Assembly: GCA_963823665.1 (NCBI GenBank)
Contig: CAWGMQ010000003.1
Coordinates: forward strand, 672,001-736,000
Reading direction: 5' to 3'
DNA from: an uncultured Planctomycetota bacterium
GTDB lineage: Bacteria > Planctomycetota > Planctomycetia > Isosphaerales > Isosphaeraceae
DNA length: 64,000 bases
Shown here: positions 56,176 through 64,000 of the stretch, piece by piece
Layout: every line of letters begins with the position of its first letter
How positions within the stretch are numbered: the first letter of the stretch is position 1
Notes under the pieces: generated by a model
The model's database searches: none
What the model was told of the DNA's origin: nothing
Seen by the model: the letters and a program-made list of their open reading frames with translations, nothing else
Program-made: the position numbers and the translations under genes

Positions 56176-56270
56176 TGTCGCCCCTGCGGGGCTCGGTGAG
56201 CTGGTGGTACAGGTCAATAAGGTCCTGGGGCTCGCGCCCCCAGGCTGTACGATGTCGCCCCTGCGGGGCT
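56176..56270. repeat. REP/REPIN-like palindromic element
   Basis: tgtcgcccctgcggggct occurs twice (56176 and 56253) around the hairpin cctggggctcgcgcccccagg. Confidence 0.75.
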
Positions 56271-56282
56271 ACGCGGGTCGTT

Positions 56283-57100
56283 CTACTCGTCGATTGGGGC
56301 TGGTTTTGCGTCGGTGCGGGGGAGCACGCTGCCGGGGGGGTTCGGGGTTGGGAGGCCCTCGAAGTAGTGGATCGTTGGTGGGGCTGTGATGCCGCCGGAG
56401 AGGATTGATTGGAGCGTCTCGTTGACGCTCCAGGCGATGTTGGTGACGCTTTCTTCCGGGACGAAGAGGGTGAAGCCTGCTGGAGGCATCAGGCCGGTGA
56501 GTACGCACACGGTGAGTATGGTGCGGCCGGTTGTCGCGTCGCGCAGGGAGTTCGTCACCAAGCCGAGCGAACGCGAGCCGGGATGAGGAAACGGGACCAG
56601 GACCACGCGTTTGAATTCGCCGCCTCCGCGGAGCTGGGTGCCGAGCGATTCGACCACGTTCCGCACGGCGCGGTAGATCGTGGCGACGATCGGGACGTGA
56701 AGCAGGAACCACTCGAGCGTGCGATAGACCCAGGACCGGAAGATGAGGCCCAAGAGGTAGAGAATGGCGAGTGCGAGCAGAAGGGCGAGGAACGGGGAAC
56801 CGATGTTGTACCACCACTGGGGCAGGTCGAGCTCCTGCAGAGCGGGGTAGTTTCTCATCCATGCCTGGATCCGGTTGATCAGGCCGGCCAATGGATTGAG
56901 CAGGAACTGCTCCACCGTCATGAACAGCCAGTAGACAATCCAGAACGTGATGACGACGGGAAGGCTGACGATCAGTCCGCTGATGACCCGCGCCGGAATG
57001 AGCTGAGCACGGAGCCGAGGCTCCAGGGGGGCGATTTTTGTTTCTGCGGCGCTGGAGTGAAGTCCTCGGGCCGCGCGGCGTGAGGCGGGAGACTGTCCAT
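56283..57100 (-). CDS. DUF502 membrane protein, frameshift near 57000
   Basis: [17 protein letters not shown]...HVPIVATIY...[10 protein letters not shown]...GFTLFVPEE...ILSGG. Confidence 0.8.
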
Positions 57101-57356
57101 GACGGGAAGCTCCGGAACGGGACGATTGGTGACGAGTGCGCGGCCCGAGGCCGGCCCTGCATGGAGTAAGAGGTTAGCTCGACTGCGGCGACGCGACAAT
57201 TGCCGCGCGAGGGCTGGGCGATGCACGGGTTCGATCGACATGAAGCGGCAACCGATGCTCGCCGGAGGGGAGCCGAATCGGTACACTGGAAGCTCGAAGT
57301 CAATGGGGACGCGAAACCCAGGATGTTTGATCAGGCAATTGCGGGGTAAGGACCTC

Positions 57357-58358
57357 ATGCACGCACGAGAAGCGTCGGCGAGACCGAGCTTGCCGAAGAC
57401 TGTGGAAATCGACGGGGTGAAGCTGCACCTGAGCACTCCCGATACGAGCGATCAGAAGTGGATTGGGCAGGAAGCGATTCTGCGACAACTGCTGGCGTGC
57501 TGGCTGGTCGTCGACGAGCGAGACCTGCCGCTGGCGCCGCGGCTGACCGGCCCGCCGGGAATCGGCAAGACGACGCTGGCGATGGCCGGGGCGCGGGTTC
57601 GCAAGCAACCACTTTTTATCAATCAATGCACGGCCGATACTCGGCCGGAGGACCTGGTGGTCACGCCGGTGCTGGCCGAGAGCGGCAAGATCGCCTATCA
57701 CGCCTCGCCGCTGGTGACGGCGATCATCGTGGGAGGGGTTTGTGTGCTCGACGAGGGCAACCGGATGAACGAGAAGTCGTGGGCGAGCCTGGCGCCGTTA
57801 CTGGATAACCGGCGATACGTGGAGAGTGTCGTGGCCGGGATCACGATACCGGCGCATGCGGATTTTCGGGCCTGCGTGACGATGAACGAGGATGAGTCGA
57901 CCTATGAAGTGCCCGACTACATCCTCTCGCGGTTGCAGCCGACCCTTAACCTGGGCTTTCCCAGCCGGAACGACGAGCTGGCGATTCTGAAGTACCATCT
58001 GCCTTTCGCGACGGACGCCTTGCTGGCCTTGACGGTCGAGTTCTTGCAGCAGGCGCACGGGCTCAAGCTGGATTTCTCGCCGCGCGACGGGATCAACGTG
58101 CTGCGGTATGCGATCAAGCGGATGGCCCAGGATTCGGCGCACCCGATGGGGCGCGATGTGGCGTGGCGCGAAGCGCTCTTCTGCGTTCTGGGCGAAGAGG
58201 CGGCGGACCTTCAGAACCTGGCGCGACAGAAACGGCGCGCGATGGGGGGCCAGCATGCACCACTTGGTCTGGGCGATTTATTCTTCAGCCCCGAGGATCC
58301 GCTGCACCCGGATGCCCGGGACGACCTGCTCGAGGATGACGACGAGGATTCCGATTGA
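57357..58358 (+). CDS. MoxR/CbbQ-type AAA+ ATPase
   Basis: [15 protein letters not shown] and LSRL. Confidence 0.85.
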   Translation: MHAREASARPSLPKTVEIDGVKLHLSTPDTSDQKWIGQEAILRQLLACWLVVDERDLPLAPRLTGPPGIGKTTLAMAGARVRKQPLFINQCTADTRPEDLVVTPVLAESGKIAYHASPLVTAIIVGGVCVLDEGNRMNEKSWASLAPLLDNRRYVESVVAGITIPAHADFRACVTMNEDESTYEVPDYILSRLQPTLNLGFPSRNDELAILKYHLPFATDALLALTVEFLQQAHGLKLDFSPRDGINVLRYAIKRMAQDSAHPMGRDVAWREALFCVLGEEAADLQNLARQKRRAMGGQHAPLGLGDLFFSPEDPLHPDARDDLLEDDDEDSD

Positions 58359-58450
58359 GAACGCTTGAAACGAGGCAGTTGGCGCGGGGGCGATTCGCTC
58401 CTACGATGACGAGATGATTTGATCGCGACGACTTCGACCGGGGGGACGCG

Positions 58451-60970
58451 ATGGGCTCGAATTCACGCAGCAAGAGACGCGGCCGTACGGCACGCTCAAT
58501 CTGTTACCTGGCGATCCTCGCCTGCACGCTCGGCTCACCGCTCTTGCGAGCACAGACGAGCGACGCTCCTCCTGCGAAGACCGCCCTGCCGGCGACGGGT
58601 CGGCTCGCTCGATTCGTTCCGAAGGAAAACCTGGTGGTGTACATTGAGTTTGCCGGGCTTGACGCGCACGAGGCGGCCTGGAAGAACACCGCCAGCTTCA
58701 AGATGCTGACCGGGACGACTCTTGGAGAGGTGGTCGAGGCCGTTTCGGAGCAGTTGCTCGAGAAGGCGTTGAGCTTCATTCCCGGCCACAGATTGAGCGG
58801 AACTGACATTGTGAAGCTGGCGAAGTACTCGGCACGCTCGGGCTGGGTGGTCGCGCTTAACGCCGACGCGAAAGCGCGTTCCGGATATCGGGGCACGTTC
58901 GTGCTTCGAGGCGGAGCGGGCAAGGACAACCGGGCGCTCACAAGCCCGATGATGGGTTGGCTCATGGGTGGTTCGAAGGCCAAGGTCGAAACCAAGGCGG
59001 GAAGGGACCTGGTGGTCGTACCGGTGGCGGGCGCGCAAGCGAATGCGACTGCTGCCGGCGGCTGGGTGTGGTGGGCCGAAAAGGACGATCTCGTCATCGG
59101 GTTTCTGGACGCGGTGAACGCCGAAGCGACGATCGCGGTTCTCGATGGAAAGGCGCCCAGCGCGGTCGATCACCCGGTCGTCAAGGAGCTGGTTATGTCG
59201 CAGGGCAAATTCGAGCCCGTGTGTTTCGGTTTTCTTGATCCGGCCATGGGGACGGGCAGCTCCTCGGACGGGCTCGTGAGGCTCTTGCACAGCCTGAAAA
59301 CCGAGCGGGGGGTCGATCGAGTCGATTTGCAGTGGGGATTCGAAGGCGACGCCCTGATGTCGGTGATGAGGCTCACAACTGCCAAACCCCGGAAGGGGCT
59401 GCTTGCTGCGGTCGACGGGCCGACGTTCAACAAGGCGTCGCTGCTGCCGTTGCCCGATCAGGTCAAGTCGTTCGTGGCGACTTCCGTCAACCCGAGGCAC
59501 TTCGTGGAGCTGATCAAGCAGATGGCGCCGTCGGACGAGGCGAAGGAGCAGGTCGAGGAGGTTGCCAAATCGGTCAAGGGCAAGGGCTCGGTCGATATCG
59601 AGAAAGACGTACTCGGGCAGCTCGGGCCGAGGATGATCGCGTATCTCGCACCCGGGCGATCGGCGGTGACCAATGATGATGCACTGGGGAGAGCGTTCCA
59701 GGGTGGTTTGAGCCTGAGCGGGGTGATGACGGGGATGCAATCAGCCTTTCCGAAGCTGACGATTGTCGCCGAGGTGAAGAATCCCGAAACATTCGGCAAG
59801 GGGCTCGATGCGCTGATGGTGGCGATCAACGGCAAGCTCAAGGAACAGGCGGTTGCGAAAGCCAAGGAAGAGCGGGAGGAGGCGGAAAAGAAGGATGAAG
59901 CCGGCACGGGCGCCGGCGCCGGAGACCGGCGCGGGGAGCGGCCGGGCGGTTTGGGGGCGTGGGTGGTGGTGGCGATCGGACGAAGACACGCAAGGCGTCG
60001 CCGAGCCAGACGACTGCGCCGCGGTTCGAGTTAACATCGAGCAGTGGAAAAGGCAAGTTATTCATTCTCTCGACGCCGCGCACGTCGCCCTTGCAGTTCG
60101 GGCCGTCGAGTTTCAAGCCAACGGTCGAGTTCGACGGCGAGCACGTCGCGTTCGCGGTTAGCCCGGACGCCGCAAAAAACGCTCTGGCAACGGCTCGCAA
60201 GAAAGACTGGAAGCCGTCGGGTGACCTGGCGAAGGCCCTTGAGAACGTCGAAAACAACGTGGTGTTGCTCGGTGTCAGTGACGTTTCCGATACCTTGCCG
60301 GGGGTGCTCGCCAGCCTGCCCGGCACGCTGCAAACGATGCTGAACACGACGTGGGCCCTGGCCAAAGCCAAGACCGGGACGGACGCGGGAGCGAGCCAAC
60401 CGACCACGCCGGGCGCGGGAGGCGCGGCCGCAGGTGGCGGCGGGCTGGGCCGACGGGGCGGAATGGCCCTGCAGGGAGGCGGGATGCAGGTGCAAGGGGG
60501 CGGAGGGCGAACGCGTGGCGGAGCCGGGCAGGGAGAAGCGAACCAGACGACGGCTGCGGGGTCTAACACCGGAGGGGCCGCAGGCGAGCTCGGCCATCGT
60601 GTTCAACATCGATGCGGCGAAGCTACCCAAGGCAAGCGATCTAAAGGCCTTTCTCTTCCCGAGCACCGTGACGATTTCGGTGACCGATCGCGATATCCGG
60701 ATCGTCTCGCGCGAAGCGTTCCCTGACCTTGGGTCTCTAATCAATTCGCTGCCGGTCGTGGGGATGACACCGGGTGGAAAAGCACTCGTCAACTCAGCGA
60801 AGGCTCCCGGGGGGGGCCAGACGCCTGATGCGGCCGCGACTGGAGGTGCGGCAGGTGGTGGTGGCGCGGCCACGCCGCCGGCCGCCGGCGCGGCGGCCCC
60901 GACCACGAAGGCGACTCCACCAGGCGGTGCTGGCCGCAGGGGAGGAGCTGCTCGAGGCAGGGACGACTGA
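58451..60970 (+). CDS. Large exported hypothetical protein, two apparent frameshifts (~59955, ~60585)
   Basis: Signal peptide. ORFs 58451..60034, 59959..60726 and 60434..60970 join colinearly, with breaks in G-rich low-complexity stretches. Confidence 0.65.
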
Positions 60971-61100
60971 TTTTGATGTACAATGAGGCGGTCGAGTCGA
61001 TTCGTTCCATTTCAATTTCTTTCTGTCCCAAACGCTGGCGCGGCCGGAGCCGACCCCTATCTGCCACCGGTGTGCGTCTGTACCGATGGAGGGCCATTCC

Positions 61101-61553
61101 ATGCAATTCGTGCACGAGGTAACGGCCTATCTTGAAAACAAGCCTGGGCGGCTGGCCAAGATTTGCTCGGCGCTCGCGGCGGAGAAGATTGATATTCGGG
61201 CGCTTTCGGTGATGGAAACCGAGGGTCCGAGCGTGCTGAGGCTGATCACGAGCGAGCTTGAAGCGACCAAGAGCGTGCTCACGTCGCTGGGGACCGAGTT
61301 TCGTATTTCGGACGTGCTGGCGGTGGAGCTCGACAACCGGACCGACGCGCTTGCGAGGGTGCTCGAACGGCTGGCGGAAGAGCATATCAACGTTGAGTAT
61401 GCTTATGCGTCGACGGCGTCGGCACCGGCGAAGGCGCTGGGGATTTTCCACACGTCGAACCCGAAGCGCGCGTCTCAGGTGCTGAACGAGGTCGGGGGCT
61501 CGGCGGGGGGATCCGGGCGATCGACCGGGCGGCGCCCCTTGCATTCGCGGTGA
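61101..61553 (+). CDS. Tandem ACT domain protein
   Basis: LENKPGRLAKICSALAAEKIDIRAL...ELDNRTDALARVLERLAEEHINVEYAY. Confidence 0.9.
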   Translation: MQFVHEVTAYLENKPGRLAKICSALAAEKIDIRALSVMETEGPSVLRLITSELEATKSVLTSLGTEFRISDVLAVELDNRTDALARVLERLAEEHINVEYAYASTASAPAKALGIFHTSNPKRASQVLNEVGGSAGGSGRSTGRRPLHSR

Positions 61554-61611
61554 AGTAAGGGCGTGCTCAAATGAACGTTTCGCGATCATCTTTGGGGGTT
61601 TTCGAATAGCG

Positions 61612-62776
61612 GTGAAGAAAAAGAAAGTCCGGGTCGCGCTGCGGAAGAACCGGCAAAATCGAACGCGAGACAACGATCTGACTCGCCGCTTCCGGGAAGA
61701 CGAGCTCGCAGGCAGAGCGCCCGAGGCGGTTGATCGCGTTCGGCCCAAGGGGGAGCTGTCGCGGCACCGGACGATCATGGAAGAGTGCGCGCCGGAGGTT
61801 GCCGAAGGCGGGTCGGAAGGCGACTCGAGTGCCGCTTCGCGACGTGCGGTCGATTTCTCGGTGTGCCTGCGTGGACGGGTTGTGCGGGTGCACGGCCAGG
61901 TTTCGATGGTGCAAACGGAAGACGGCCGGCTGCACTCGTGTCACGTGCGAAGGCTGTTGAAGAGCCTGGAGATCGAGGAACGAAGCGTGGTGACGGTGGG
62001 GGACTGGGTTTGGTTCCGTCCAGGGACGAGCGCGGGGGCGGATGGCCTGGTGGAGCGAGTGGAGTCGCGGCGAGGGGTGATCACGCGCGGGTACCGCCGT
62101 CGACAGCATGTCATCGCGGCGAACGTGGACCAGGTGCTTGTGGTTTCCGCGTTCGCGGAGCCTGGCGTCAAACTGAACCTGATCGACCGATACCTGGTCT
62201 CGGCGGAGACGGGCGGCGTTCGTCCGATCGTCGTACTGAACAAGTCCGACCTGGTCGACCTTGCGACGCACCAGTGGGTCATCGGCCTGTACGTCCAGCT
62301 TGGATACGAGACCATCGTGACGTCGGTGCAGGATGGAAGAGGCCTGGATCGCATCCGGGCGATCTTGAGCGGGCGAGTGACCGCCTTGAGCGGCCAGAGC
62401 GGGGTGGGCAAGAGCTCGTTGTTGAATGCGATCCAGCCGAATTTGAACTTGAAGGTGCGTGAAGTTTCCGAGTGGACGTCGAAAGGGAAGCATACGACGA
62501 CGACGTCGGAATTGATCGAGCTCGAGGCGGGCGGGTTCGTTGTCGACACTCCGGGGCTGAGGCAGTTCGAGCTCTGGGGCACCGTTCCGGGCGAGGTGGG
62601 GGGATACTTCGCGGAGCTGAGGCCGTTCATTCCGCTCTGCCGCTTTCCGGACTGCTCCCACACCCACGAAAGCGATTGCGCCGTCAAGGAAGCCGTGTAT
62701 CGAGGACAGATCCACGCCGGGCGCTGATGAGAGTTATCTCAAGCTCTACCGACGAGAGCCGCTCGACGAAGCATGA
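61612..62776 (+). CDS. rsgA: Ribosome small subunit-dependent GTPase A, 1-nt insertion near 62725
   Basis: AANVDQ, NKSD, GQSGVGKSS, GKHTTT, DTPG and CRFPDCSHTHESDC. Removing one G restores the tail RYESYLKLY...EA*. Confidence 0.95.
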
Positions 62777-63015
62777 GCAAGCTGAGCCCGGGCCTCTATC
62801 CGTGCAATCCTCGGGTTTCGGGGATCGCACGGGGGCAGGACGTCCGGCCAACATCTGTCGCTGAGAGCTCAAGACGGTCGTAAGTCTTGTCTGGCAGAGG
62901 CTTCCTATCATAACTTGCCGACCGTGTCGATCCGGGTTCGGTGCCGGAACGGGGGTGAACAAACGAAATCATTCATTTTGGCGGCGCGAATGAGGCTGCG
63001 AGACCGACCGATTTG

Positions 63016-64000
63016 ATGGAGGCAGCGAATTGGTCGTCTTTCATGGAGCTTCGACGCATGCTGCGACGAACCACTGAGCCGCAGGTATTGTTGGGGCCAG
63101 ATCGATTTGGCGACGATCTGGCGTCGACGCGGAGATACGGGAGAAGGCTCTCGCTCTGGTTCGGGGAGCTTCTTCTGATCGCGATCGTGATCTTTGGCTT
63201 CGTGATGGTGTCATCGGCAATCTTCTCCGAACAGCGCGGGACGCCGGAGCGAGTTGCGCTCAAAGGCCATACGCAAGTTGTGGAAGCGATGGCGTTTTCG
63301 CCCGACGGCGGAATGCTCGCCTCGTGCGGGTGGGACAATTCGGTGCGGGTCTGGGATCTGAACGGCTTGAAGAGCGGCGCGGTTGTGGATGAGCCGGTCG
63401 TCCTGCCGAATGAATCTGTCCGCTACGCTCTGGCGTTTTCGCCCGACGGCAAGCGGTTGGCCTCTGGCGGACATCGGTCGCTGACAATCTGGTCACGCAC
63501 GCCGCGGGGATTAGAGCCGCTCGCTCGGCGCGAGGGGACAACCTATCGGTGCCTGGCGTTCTCGCCGGACGGGTCGACACTTGCGCTGGGGTGTGATGAT
63601 GGACGGGTTGTGCTGCTCGACCCAGACACTGCGGACGAGGCAGCCGTTCTGCGGGGGCACATCGACGTTGTACGCAGTCTCGCATTCTCGCCCGACGGCT
63701 CCATGCTGATCTCGTCCGGTCAGGACCGGCAGATCATCTTGTGGAACGCGATCAAGGGCAAAAGGATTCGCTCGCTGGCGCGGTCGGGGCCGAATCCCGT
63801 GCAGGTTGTCGCCTTTTCGCCGCGGGGCGATCAGGTTGCGGTGGGCGAAGTTTCGGGGAGCCCGCAAGGCATTGTTCTCATCGATCCGGCCACGGGTGAC
63901 ATCCGCTCGGTACTCGCCGGCCACGGTGCGGGTGTGAGCGCACTTGCGTACTCGCCCGACGGTCAGACGCTGGCGACTGCAGGAGCCGATCGCACGATCA
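63016..64000 (+). CDS. WD40 repeat protein, runs off the window end
   Basis: A TM segment followed by GHTQVVEAMAFSPDG...VRVWD, GHIDVVRSLAFSPDG...ILWN and GHGAGVSALAYSPDG repeats. Confidence 0.9.
   Translation, partial: MEAANWSSFMELRRMLRRTTEPQVLLGPDRFGDDLASTRRYGRRLSLWFGELLLIAIVIFGFVMVSSAIFSEQRGTPERVALKGHTQVVEAMAFSPDGGMLASCGWDNSVRVWDLNGLKSGAVVDEPVVLPNESVRYALAFSPDGKRLASGGHRSLTIWSRTPRGLEPLARREGTTYRCLAFSPDGSTLALGCDDGRVVLLDPDTADEAAVLRGHIDVVRSLAFSPDGSMLISSGQDRQIILWNAIKGKRIRSLARSGPNPVQVVAFSPRGDQVAVGEVSGSPQGIVLIDPATGDIRSVLAGHGAGVSALAYSPDGQTLATAGADRTI

Overview
This GC-rich bacterial window is most likely from Planctomycetota (Isosphaeraceae-like). The inference rests on LEPRxLL-type secreted proteins, an ECF sigma/Ser-Thr kinase pair, a long ECF sigma factor and a planctomycete-type ACP. 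(1) 1-20.5 kb holds a minus-strand lipopeptide NRPS cluster: MbtH, then FAAL-ACP-C-A-T-C | A-T-C | A-T-C-A-T-TE, then a PvdE/SyrD-type exporter. Hand-read A-domain codes suggest acyl-Orn-Gly-Asn-Orn. An upstream hydrolase+ACP operon accompanies it. Both operons have sigma-54 -24/-12 promoters and share a 48-bp putative enhancer. (2) 20.7-29.7 kb holds a sigma-54 activator, a hybrid histidine kinase, an ECF sigma factor and a TPR Ser/Thr kinase. (3) 29.7-56.3 kb is an accessory mosaic: ISL3 remnant, HEAT-repeat and caspase-like genes, a RAYT/Y1 transposase between 25-bp inverted repeats, dispersed short repeat families near gene-fragment junctions, a secreted metalloprotease-like protein, toxin-antitoxin genes, IS3, an ABC-three-component (Lamassu-type) defence system and a DUF4062 protein. 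(4) 56.3-64 kb has core-like genes: DUF502, MoxR AAA, ACT, rsgA, WD40. About a dozen apparent frameshifts, including one in rsgA, suggest an indel-prone assembly, so many broken genes are probably intact.
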